28,531 nucleotides of DNA from assembly GCA_004431415.1 (NCBI GenBank), contig QPMI01000253.1, forward strand, positions 1 through 28,531, read 5' to 3'. This DNA comes from Cyanophora paradoxa CCMP329 (Eukaryota > Plantae > Glaucophyta). Shown here piece after piece: positions 1 through 10,399 of the stretch. Numbering within the stretch: the first letter of the stretch is position 1; each line of letters starts with the position of its first letter. A model generated the notes under the pieces. The model did no database searches, was not told the origin of the DNA, and was given only the letters and a program-made list of their open reading frames with translations. Both the position numbers and the translations under genes were made by a program.

Positions 1-3000
1 GCGTTCTTGCAGTCGGCGTTGCCGACGGTGATCATCGAGTCGTCAAACTTGTCCTGTCCGAGCGGCCGTTGTTGAGCGTGTCGAGGAGGCCCTTGCGCTC
101 CTTGTTCGGGTTGAACGAGTGCTTCCAGTCCTTGCACTGCCCAAAGACCTCGTGGTCAGCTTATAATTAAAACAAGTCGCATTCGCACACTGTGACAGGA
201 GTGACGTCGACAGACGATGTATCCAAGCTGCAGATATAAATGAATTCAATTAATATTGGAAGCGCACCTTGCTCTCGGTGTCGAAGCTGGTGGAGATGGT
301 GGTGGACTGCTCGTGACGTTCGACTTCACGACCACCGTCGACGTCGGGCCGTCACGCCGGCCGTCATCGCCGCGTCCGGCGTGGCGCTCGTCGAGTTCGA
401 CGCCGCCGCCGGCGTCGGTGTCGGCGGTGCCGGCGCCGCAGTGGGGCTCGGGCTTGGCGTGGGCGTCGCCGTCGCCGGCGCCGGGCGTCGCGCTCGCGAG
501 GGCGTCGGGCTCGGCGACTGCGCCGAACGCTGAGCGCAAGAACTGCGGCGGCTCGCGACCGCACTGCGCACCGGAGTGCGGAGGGCTCGGGCTGGGGGTG
601 GCGCTGGGGCTCGGGCTGGGGCTCGGCGTCGGAACCACCACCGTGACGTTCAGCCGGTGCGCGAAGACATACGCCGCCTTGAATGTCGAGTAGGTGTCAG
701 TGAGGTTGCCCCATGCGGAGTAGAAGATCGGTAGTCGCGCGTGCCGGTCTGCGCGAGCGCTGGAAAGGGAGAAGCGCTACCGACGCCGAACTCTGCGCGT
801 CGGGCTGGAGGGAATATCGCGATGATTAGTCATTGAAATATGCTCGAAATAATGCGCGCTAAAGACTGCAGCTGCGCACAAGCATGCCCTAGATGCAATG
901 TATACGTACGCATACTCAGATACTGTATTTATTTTCGAACTCTTAATCTCGGCATATTCATGCGAATTGCAGCGCACTTGGCAACGGACGTGATCCTCTC
1001 GCTGCTACCTCGACGCGAGGAGTCGTACGACGCGATGTACCTGGTCGTGTCCGACTCCTGGATCTGGCAGCAACCGCCAAGGCCCGTACCTGTCTCGACA
1101 CTGACTCAGCATATATAATATATATATATATATATACTAACAAATGGCGCTCGAAGTTTGCACACGCACGTGCTCGTCACGATGGCGAGCCCGTTGACGT
1201 AGGGGGCGTCGTGCCCGCGAAAGTGGTGAAGTTCGTCACCGTGACTGAAGCCCCTCGATCGCCACCTTGCAAAATTGACCGGCCACGAGGCAGGAGCCTC
1301 GCAGTTTGAGGAGGCCATGGCCAGCCACAGCAATTGCAAGCACACGCAGGAGCGCGCTGCACCTTATGATTCGGAGGGAAGCGCCGGCCAAATCATCGCC
1401 GTTGAAGCCCTCGCGCTCACCGAGTCACGAGTGGCCTCCTTCAAGGCGCTTGCCGGCGCCTCCGACAGCCGCCGTTTAGTCTTCGACCGGAATCATGATC
1501 ATCGAATATATATATAGAGAGTTTAATACGCATGTGCGCATGCGAGCTCTCGATTTGAGAAGCCATTAAATCCAGCGCGCGCACCGCGGCGGACGTCGGC
1601 TTCCACGGACGCCGGTGTAGACGTGGATTGCGGAGCCGACTGCCTCGACGGCGATCGAGTTGGCGCGCGGAACGTAGTCCGAAGCGAAGGCAGTCTTCGT
1701 GAAGGCCGCAACGAACGTCGAGCTCCCTCCTGAATATCGATCGATATATCATGATCATGCATATATGTGATCAAGAATGCATCATTAATTACTACGTATA
1801 CGTATACGTTAGAATTGCAGCGTTAACGTACGCGTGTGCATCGAAAGGATCGATCCGGGGCGCTAGCAAGCTTATAATTAAGCGATTCAATGATTTATGA
1901 GCACTGATCATGAGTAGCACCTGTCGACGGACGGTGATGAGGACGACGCTGTTGGCGGTGGCCTCGCTGTCCGTGAACTGGCTGAGGGATCGGCGCGCGC
2001 TTGCAGCTACGCAGGCGGGACAGCCAGTGTTCGACTTGCGCTTCGCTACGATGTAGAGCTTGCCCTCGTGGTACGCCATAGATCCCGATCCGAACCGTTG
2101 GCGCTCTTGAGAAATGGGGATCGTGCAGAAACGCGACCCCGCACGCTGACGACGCGCTGGCGGCGGAGGGGCAGTCGGAGACGTGGACCACACGGGCGTC
2201 ACTTTCGAGGTCGCGAGATTGAGGTAGCGATGACGGCGTGTCCGAAACGCTGGATCCGGACATCCAGAAGAGGCCTTCGCTCGAGTCGCGTGAAGTCCGC
2301 TCACGTTCCTGCGCATGCACGACGTCGACGCCAGCGGGAAATGATCTCAGCATTTTAAACGATCTTATTCACGATCTTTCGCATGCAGTCGCGATTGTGT
2401 GCCACTCGCGATCGAGCTCACTGGAATTTAATGGACTTGGCGTCCGCTGACGCGCCGATCGTCGGGTCCACCAAGGGCGCGGCGCTCTCTCCCTTTTGGC
2501 CCGCGACGAGCTCCGCCGAGCAGGACGAGTTCACGCGGAAGATCCCGCGATGCGTTCCCACGTAGAGGTACCCTGCGCAGCCCAATCGACGGCGCTCTTC
2601 TATATCTGGACCCTAAGCAGCACTATCCGCTGAGCTGCAGCTGCAGCTTATTAAAATATTAATAGGAAAGAATCCGGCCGGACCATCGAACTGCGAGTAA
2701 TGAAGACCTGAATGAAGAATAAATCAGATCGTACGCGATTTCAAATTTACTCAGAATTGAAAGCCTATCATATTATATAATTATAAAGAAATGATCACTC
2801 ACTGCTGATCCGTAGGCTCCTTGGCCTCCGTCGCCGAAATTGGCTGTACCGCCAGTCCTGTACATGCATGCGCATATGGGCCGAGTCACTGTCGACTCGG
2901 CAAGCATGCGCAGCGGCGCGGTCGAGTTCGAGGATTTCATTCTGCAAGGCTCGCGACTTGCCTTCAGTCGCGTTGCCGATCAGAGCCAAGTTGCCCAGAC

Positions 3001-3270
3001 AGAAGCTGGAGTTCCCCTGGGCGAGGTCGTTCCAGCCGCTCCCGCGGGCAGCGAGCGGATGCCCGGCAGCAGGCGGTCCGAGAGCGCCCCGACCCTGCGC
3101 GCGCCGGCGCAGGCCGGCGCAAGCCGTGATCAGTCGTTGTGCAAACAAGTCAGGGCTGGCCATGGCGGGCGGGCGGCTGCGGCGGTACCGGCGAGGCAGC
3201 TGGCGAGGAGCACGGCAGCAGCGATGGCGACCGGTATCGGCAGCGCCGGCGAGTTCGAGGGGCGGCCCAT
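1..3270 (-). CDS. Multi-exon secreted/surface protein: signal peptide, NHL/beta-propeller-like motifs, Pro/Ser/Thr mucin-like stalk; runs off the window edge; apparent frameshifts
   Basis: ATG at 3270 gives MGRPSNSPALPIPVAIAAAVLLASCLAGTAAAA (signal-peptide-like). GC-rich exon-like blocks alternate with AT-rich intron-like blocks (e.g. GTGAGT donor at 2802; GTGCGC donors near 1583, 977, 266). Exon peptides include TGGTANFGDGGQG, GYLYVGTHRGIFRVNSSCSAELVAGQ, RYLNLATSKVTPV, MAYHEGKLYIV (NHL-like) and PTPSPSPSPSATPSPSP/PTPTP (270-640). Exact exon structure not resolved. Confidence 0.55.
1111..1136. repeat. (AT)n microsatellite in an intron
   Basis: atatataatatatatatatatatata seen directly. Confidence 0.9.
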
Positions 3271-3697
3271 CGCGCACGACTGAATGCGGCCTGGACCGAC
3301 TCGGCGACGTGCACAGACAAGGCTCGGGGGACGCGTACCGTAGTTCACCCTAGCTAGAGTTATCCTGCAGTTAGCAAAGTTAGAAGCGCTGAGCGCGCGC
3401 TATATAGCAGGCGCGCGCCTTCACTGCGGCACTGCGCATGCGCCGCGGCAGCCGCGCTGATCATCATGGCATGAGCCGCCGATAACGTCAACGTTCGAAG
3501 CGCGCGGCCGGCCGGCGCGCGATCGAGTCCCGCGGGCGCGGCTCCGCGCCCGCCGCGCTTGCCGGCGCCGACTCGGCGAGCCTCGGAGCTCGAGGGTCGA
3601 CGTCCCCCGTCGGAGCGTAAAACGTTGGATATCGATCATCATCGGATACGGGTCACGAGTCGACGTCACCGTCCGTCACGACTCACGCCGAGCAGAT

Positions 3698-3702
3698 GAG
3701 TT
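3698..3702. repeat. Left target-site duplication GAGTT
   Basis: GAGTT immediately precedes the left LTR and recurs at 21943-21947 immediately after the right LTR. Confidence 0.95.
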
Positions 3703-3952
3703 TGTCGGATGAGAGGATTCCACCGGTGCAGCGTCGTGCGGTCACGCACGGCTGTGGCTGTAGCTGGGAGCACAAGTGTCTATTCACCAGTGTACCCGTC
3801 CAGGGATCGCGTACCCAAACGGAAGTCGCGCCCGGCGCTAAGTCAGAATACAGAGAGTGCTAGAGCTAGCTGCTCGATAGCACTAGACTAGGGCTAGCGG
3901 CTACGCATAGACTACCGGCTAGCCTAATCCGAGGGAATCGCGGCACGCGACA
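3703..3952 (-). repeat. 3' LTR (250 bp)
   Basis: tgtcggatgagagg...cggcacgcgaca, near-identical to 21692-21942; 5-bp terminal inverted repeat TGTCG/CGACA. Confidence 0.97.
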
Positions 3953-3962
3953 CTCTCACTCT
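3953..3962 (-). other. Candidate polypurine tract
   Basis: Minus strand reads AGAGTGAGAG directly abutting the 3' LTR; short, with one pyrimidine. Confidence 0.65.
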
Positions 3963-4624
3963 GCATTACGGTGCGTCCTCGCACCGACCGCGCCAGCGAA
4001 CGTCGAGTCTGCATGCTCGACGGGGTCCACCACCGCCGGGTGTGCACCAACGCGGCAGCGACAGGCGCGGCGAGTGAACTCCTCTCGAAGTAGAATGTCC
4101 GTCATCAGCAACCAGATATGCCAGGTAGCATAGCTCGCGACCGAAATAGGAGCCGATACAGCATGTGCAGTACTAGGCAACCCAGCCAAGCTCGAAAGAT
4201 GAAAAGCATAAAAATCGGAAACCCCCCAAAAGCTGGCCAAACTCGCTCCAACGCGAGAGCCGAAGGAGAGTGGCACGGATGGGAAGTTTCACCGCCTCGG
4301 GAAGAAACCAACGAGGAGGTATCCGGGCCGCCCATCAGCCACGAAAGAGCGGGCACGGCTTGAGCGGACCGCCGACACACCTGCTCTCGGGCCAGATGTG
4401 CCAGCAAAGCTCACGCCAACACTCTTTTTCAAGCTCGTGGCCAGGCTCCAGAAAAGTGAACGAAAGGCTCTGACGGCGCCGCTACTGATCGTCTCACCCG
4501 ACAAGACGGTGGCCCGACCAATAACGACCCGCTCCTCGGCAAGACTGAGGCAAAGCGAGCAAAGAAATCTGCCCCACGGCGCAAGCACAGCGATCGCAAA
4601 GGGAACGGCAATGGGACAAGCATC

Positions 4625-6140
4625 TCACAGGTCGTCGACCAAAATGGCGTCATCCATCTCAACCTCGTCGCCTCGGCAGCCGCTCGGGCCCTCGGCGTCG
4701 ACGTCAGGGGCGAGAGGTGAGTTTTGTTCTTGAGCGAGCGAGTCCGCGGTGCGGGTCGATCGCCGGCTCGTCAACGTTCGCGGCAGTCTTCCGAGGCCGA
4801 CCAACGCGAGGGCGGGCTTGAGACTCGGAGAGACGCGTGCGGAACGGAAGCATGCAGTCGATGTGGGCGACGGTCTCGCGCAAGGACGGGTACGGGCGTC
4901 GTCCTTGGCGGAGTAGGGCTTAGCCGATCCCTTGACCGTGTAGGTGTAACCGCCAGGGTTAACGCCGGTCACGGTGTAAGGCCCGACCCATGAATTGTAC
5001 AGCCCTTTGTTGTGTTCGCCCATCCAGCACAATACCTTGTCGCCAACCTCAAAGCGGCGACGATGAGGCGGGTTGCCGTGCGAGCAACCATGCGGTTCCG
5101 ATAGAACCGACGGTACTCGCGCGAGGCAGCGTCGGCGCTCGCGGCAGCGCGCGTCATCGCGAGAAGGTAATCGGCTGGGTGCGTGTGGTCGGGTTCACGA
5201 AGCGGACGCCGGCTCCGAAGCGCACTTCGCAGGCAGGTGCACTTCAGAACCGCGTGCAGGACCATTGGGAGAACCGGTGGCGGAGTGCACGGTGGTCCGT
5301 AACGCGAGAACGATATCGGCGTTGTAGAGAGGCCAGTCAGAGAGCGGCCGCTTGTGCTCACGGCACATGGCGTAAGCGAGAGTCTTGTAGACTCCGCCCA
5401 GGCGTTCAGCGCCGCCGTTCGAGGCGTGGTGTAGGCGCCGCGTGCACGAACGGGTGCCTTTCTCCTTGAAGAACGCGTTCACGCGCCTCCAACGAGTTGG
5501 ACCGCGGTCCGTAAGACGCGCGCGGGCACGCCTCGTGCATATAGAAGTCGATCGCGGTGGCGAGCAAGGCCTCGCCGAGATACGGGAGAGCGGTAGATAT
5601 AGCAGAACTTGGTGTACGCGTCGACGTACGCGATGATGTATCGCGAACCGTCTTCGTGCATATCCAAGTGGAAGATATCCACCTGCACAGTCTCCTTGCC
5701 CGAAGCTGTATCACCTGAATGGCGTACGGCGGGCTTCGCGGCCTTCGCGAACTGACAGTGCGGGCACGACGCACAAAGCGAGCGATGGAGGCGTACATGC
5801 CAGGCCACCAGAACCGCAGGGCGATCGACGGGCTATCACGGGCGCGCCTCGATGGGCCCAGCCTCGTGATAGGCGTAGAGCACCTGTCGATCCAAGCGTC
5901 CGGCAAGACGGTAGAAACCGGCCGCAGGGACCAAGGGTTGCGCTCGATGACGCCGTCGTCGGCCAGGCTGAACTCGCCGGCCAGGCGTGCAAAGCGCTCC
6001 TTGGCCCGCAGGCAGTGAGCGCAGCTGGGCGAGCAGAGGTCTGCGTCGCGCCTTGAGCCGCGGGTGCAGACAGTTGGGTTCTCGCCTCTGTGTGGAAGGC
6101 GAGAAGCTTCTTGCAGAAGGAATCCTCCTTCTGAGCGCGA
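4625..6140 (-). CDS. Pol: integrase (HHCC zinc finger, DDE core, GPY/F motif); frameshifted in this read-out
   Basis: AQKEDSFCKKLL; VLYAYHE; RFWWPGMYASIARFV; SCPHCQ; VQVDIF...YIIAYVDAYTKF; SNGGAER; DWPLYNADIVLALRTTVHSATG; FEVGDKVL...WVGPYTV; TGA at 4627-4625. Confidence 0.9.
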
Positions 6141-7539
6141 GCAGACGCTCGCGCCTCTCGTCGGGAACATACGGCGCAGCGCGTCGGGGAGCGCCCGTCG
6201 ACGGCTGGCGAGGGTCCGCAGGCCACGCGTCGAGGACGGTATCCACGAAGACCGGCTTGCACGGCGGGCGAACGTCCGGCCTCTAGGGTCGAGTTCTACC
6301 CACCGCTGCGGGCAGCGGTCTCGGCGGCGACCGTCTCGGGCTCGAGCGGGCGGCGTCGTCGGGAGCCTGCCCGCGGGCAGAGGGGCGACCTCGAGCCCGC
6401 GCGCTGGCTTGGGGTCGGAGGGACCGGTCGGACGCGGATCTGGTGACGAGCAGTCTCGGGGAGAGCGAGCGCCGGCGCGGAGGCCCGGGAGGCGGCTCGC
6501 CCTCGGGTCCTCGGCTCCCACTCAATATGGACCGGCACCGGCGATCTGAGGGGTCGACCGGGAACGCCAGTGGCGCGTGTTGTACTCGTCTCGAGGCTGC
6601 CGCCTCAAGGCGGGCGCGAGGGAAGAGCGCGTCGGGATGCAGGGGCCGCGCTCAGCAAATCCCTTGGCGCCCACCGACGGGCCCGGTTCTGAGCGCTTCG
6701 GTACCCGCTCCGCAAGAGCGAGGGAAGCCGTCGGCGTCGCAGGCGTCGGAGGGCCAGGCCCTTCCGGCAACGACTCGTCGTCGATCTCGCCGAGCCTCGG
6801 CCTCTGCGTGAGCGTCCTCTAGCAGCGCGGCCGGGCGCCAGGTCGCCCTCAGGGCGTCGGGCATCTCCGCGTCCGAGGGGCCTCGCGCTCTTCGACAGCG
6901 GCGCCGGTCCGGCTCCGTCGTTTCGGGGCGGCGAGACCGATTCTGGCGCGGGAGCGCAAAGCGCTCTGGGCGGCCCGCGCTCGCTTGCGCGTGGCGGCGT
7001 CGGTAGCCGAGGCGGAGGCCTTGGCCTCAGCGAACCAGCCGACGCAGCAAGCTTGGCGAGCTCGCGGGCAGGCGTCGCGGCGCGCGCTCTGGCGGCGGGG
7101 CTCGGCGTCGGAATCTGTTTCCGCAGCACCGCCAGCCTCGCCTCAGGCTCGGGCGCGGGCGCTTCAGGGCGCCGGCGTCGGGCCGGCCTCGGAGCACTGG
7201 CTGGTACAGGGGCCGCGACTCCTCCTCTGCATAAGAGGAGCGGCCGTCGGGGAGGAGGGGCGCTCGCAGGCGCCGTCCGGGCGCTCGGCGCCTGGCGGCT
7301 CGGCACCCTCGCTGGGGCTTCCGCGCGGAAGCCGGCGGAGTTGGCGAGCTGGCGCAGGCCGCTCGGTCGGGCCAGCTGCATCCTAAAGATGCCAGCGAAC
7401 GTCGGGATCCTCAGCTCAGCCCCTACAGCGTACTGCGGGATGCGAAGCCTCGGCGCCTTGTAGGCGCGGGCTTGACGAGGAACCGTCGGCACCGCCTGCT
7501 GCCAGACGGGTGGTCCTTAGGGAGACGCGAGCATGCGTC

Positions 7540-7900
7540 AGGACCCCCGTTCTGCTTGCCGGGGCGTAGACGATCTCAAAGTCGTAGGCCTGCAAGAGCA
7601 GGGACCAGCGACCGAGGCGACCCGTCGTCGGTCCAGCGTTTCAGCCACTGGAGGCGTGGTGTCGGTCCGCACCAGGAACTGGGGCCGCCCAGCAGATAGT
7701 GGCGCCAATACTTAATGGCCCAGACTACTGCGAGGCACTCCAGCTCCGTAGCGGAGTAGTTCATCTCGGCCGCAGCAGCGTGCAGCTGATGAACGCGAGC
7801 GGCCGCTCGACGCCTTTGTCGTCGCCTGGCTCAGAATCGCGCCGATAGCGTAGGTGCTAGCGTCCGTCTGGAGAATGAAGGGCTTCGAGAAGTCCGGGAA
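7540..7900 (-). CDS. Pol: RNase H
   Basis: FPDFSKPFILQTDASTYAIGAILSQ (TDAS 7856-7867); NYSATELECLAVVWAIKYWRHYLLG; LQWL; LQAYDFEIVY. Confidence 0.93.
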
Positions 7901-8960
7901 CCGCAATATAATATCGCGGCCCAAGAGTTCTTTCAGCTCCTTAAAGGCACGGTCGCGGGGCCGTCCTCTGGCCAACTCCAGGCGGCGTCCTTCAATAGAA
8001 GGCGCTGCATGCGTGCACCACTTTGGAAAAGTTCTCAACAAAGCGGCGGTAGTAGCCGGCGAGGCGAGGAACGAGCGGAGCTCGTCCGCGTTCTTCGGCG
8101 TCTGCCAGTCCGTGATCACCTTGGTCTTCGCAGGGTCCTGGCGGATCCTTCGGCGGAGATGCGGTGGCCGAGAAGGTCGATTTCAGGCACGCAGAAGCGG
8201 CATTTCGACGGCTTCAGGCGCAGGTTCGCCTTAGAGATCGTCTCGAAGAGCGCCTTCAAGTCTAGAAGGTGCTGATCGATGGACGGAGAGAAGACCGTGA
8301 TATCGTCGATGTACGCGACGACACAGTGGTCAGCAAGGGCCTAAGATCGCAGTGATCGGCGGGAGAAGGCCGCGGGCCATTGGTGACCCAACGGCGTAAC
8401 TTTCCACTGGAAGTGGCCCAGGGGACCACGAATGCAGTGTAAGCTCGTGAGCCGGGGTGCAGAGGCAACTGCCAGAAGCCGGCAGTCGCGTCGGCAGTCG
8501 AGAAGACCATCGAGCCGCGGAGGCGCTCGAGCTGGTCGTCGATGCGGGGCAAGGAAACACGTCCCGCTCGGTGATCTGATTCAGCCTCCGATAGTCGACA
8601 CAGAAACGCCAAGTGCCGTCCTTTTTGGGGCCAACACTACCGGCGAGCCATATGCCGCTTGGAGGGCTCGATCAGCCGAGCTCAAGGAGTTCTGAATTTC
8701 CTTGCGGGCGTGTTCCTCGCGTGCGGGTTCATACGCCGCGGAGGCGTGAACACCGGAAGGCGAGTCGTGAGTTTGATCACGTGCTCGTAATAGAGCAGGT
8801 TGCTGGTGCCCTCTTGGCCTCGACCTTGTCTGCGAAGACATCCTTGTAGCGCGCAGGAGCGCGTGAAGTTCGGCTTTCTGCGCCGTCGTGATTGACGGGT
8901 GAGAGCCGAGCTCAGGAATCTTCTTCAGCAGCTCTTGCCACTCCTCCTCTGCATTAGGCA
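7901..8960 (-). CDS. Pol: reverse transcriptase and connection domain
   Basis: [25 protein letters not shown]; [28 protein letters not shown]; AYIDDI (YIDD 8302-8313); LRLKPSKC; DLLGH; [18 protein letters not shown]; [10 protein letters not shown]. Confidence 0.95.
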
Positions 8961-9689
8961 CCGGCCGCGGTGCCTCAGCGGGCTTCGCGTCGGGTGCTGC
9001 AGTCATAGGGGTGGGGCATCGGGCCGGCCGAAAGCGAGGCTGTGACCACACTCTGGGGTGGGGCCTCGGCGTCGGCGACCGGTGCGGCCTTGCGGACCGT
9101 AACGTCGCCGCGCATGGCGCGGACTGCATCGAGCAAGTCGCGCTCCGCTTTTTCGGAGAGACCGGGAAGGTCGAGCGCAGGTGGCGTCGCTGGGACGGCC
9201 ACTGCCTCGACTGCGGCGACGAACTCGTCGACCGAAGGGCCTGTGATCGGGGCCGGCGTTGGGGACTCGCTTCGTGACGACGTGCTCATAGCATCGTCGT
9301 CGAAGCTGATGATGCTCATAGCATCAAGGTCTGCAACGGCGGTCGGCTGTGTCGAGGGCAGCTCGCCAAACGTGACGACTATATCGTCGACGTCGTAGGG
9401 CGGTGCGCGGGGTGGGTCGGCGGCTCCGCAGGCGCTGCGCTAGATAGTGCGCGCTGCTTTTCCGCCTCATCTACGACAGAACGTAGGGTGGAGATTATTT
9501 TCTCAACGTCTTTGGCGGCTCATATGCCGCGCCAAGCATGCGTGCTTTTCTATTAAAGTGGCGGAGTCCAGTGCGGCGTTTGGCAGCACGATTCGCAGCC
9601 GGCGAATCAAGAGGTCTGTCAATGCACTCGCACTACAAGGCATTTGCTCAGGTTCGTACTCAAATCACCAGGCGGTAGGGCGACCGCCG

Positions 9690-9800
9690 AAGCGACCGCT
9701 ACTACCGATCCTAGCGGCAGGGTTACCGGCTGCCGGCCAGGATTGCACAACCGCACGTGAAACATTTTGTCTCCGGGTGATTATGCAGCTGGTAAGGGCA
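9690..9800 (-). other. Post-protease dUTPase-like remnant motif in Pol
   Basis: FHVRLCNPGRQPVTLPLGSVVA resembles the V-x-N...V-x-L-x-x-G-x-x-V-A motif that often follows the protease in Ty3/Gypsy polyproteins. Confidence 0.45.
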
Positions 9801-10029
9801 GAGTACGCCCAAGGCTTGCGGGACTCCGGCGACGGCTCGACGTAGAGGTGCGGCAACTCACGCGTTGCCGGGCCCTGCCCATTGAGCGTGCATGGGACGA
9901 GGCCTCTCCGACGGGAGCTTTACTGGTCCCAGGACTCGGACCAGGATCCCAAGCTGGTCCGGAGCCGAAAAGGGACGACGACTTCGCGGTGCAGGTGGTC
10001 ACGGGCCCGGAGGCACCACCCGGACAGCG

Positions 10030-10352
10030 TCGTGTCGATCTGGCCATGGACGGCCTGGATCGCGTCCAGGCCGAGCAGAATATCCGGCTCAACGCCCATG
10101 GCGCCGCGCGGGACGACGAAGACGCGGCGGCAGAAGCGGAGCGAGCCCAGGACGAAGACTACGTCGGCTCGGCGACAACGAATTTTGTCCCGGTCCATGA
10201 AACCGCGGACTATCGTGTGGCCCTCGACGTAATTGACTTCGTCGGCGGCAGGCGGTCGAGGACTTCCTGGGAACTACAGTTCCCTGGGCGCCCGTGTCGA
10301 CAACAATGCGAGCGGGCCGTTCGGCGCCGGAGCGGCCGTTCGGCAGGCGCAT
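10030..10352 (-). CDS. Pol: retropepsin aspartic protease
   Basis: ARIVVDTGAQGTVV (DTG 10290-10298) and downstream PDILLGLDAIQAVHGQID. Confidence 0.9.
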
Positions 10353-10399
10353 AGCAATGCTGCCGTGGATGTGCAGTGTCTTTGGCCGGAAGAATTCCA

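Noticed and set aside
4300-4700. Chromodomain after integrase (EVEMDDAIL...)
   Set aside because: No YLVKW or TWE motif in the frames read; the resemblance is superficial.
4625-10352. Old decayed pol pseudogene
   Set aside because: Catalytic motifs are intact and the LTRs lack clear substitutions; the breaks look like single-base deletions.
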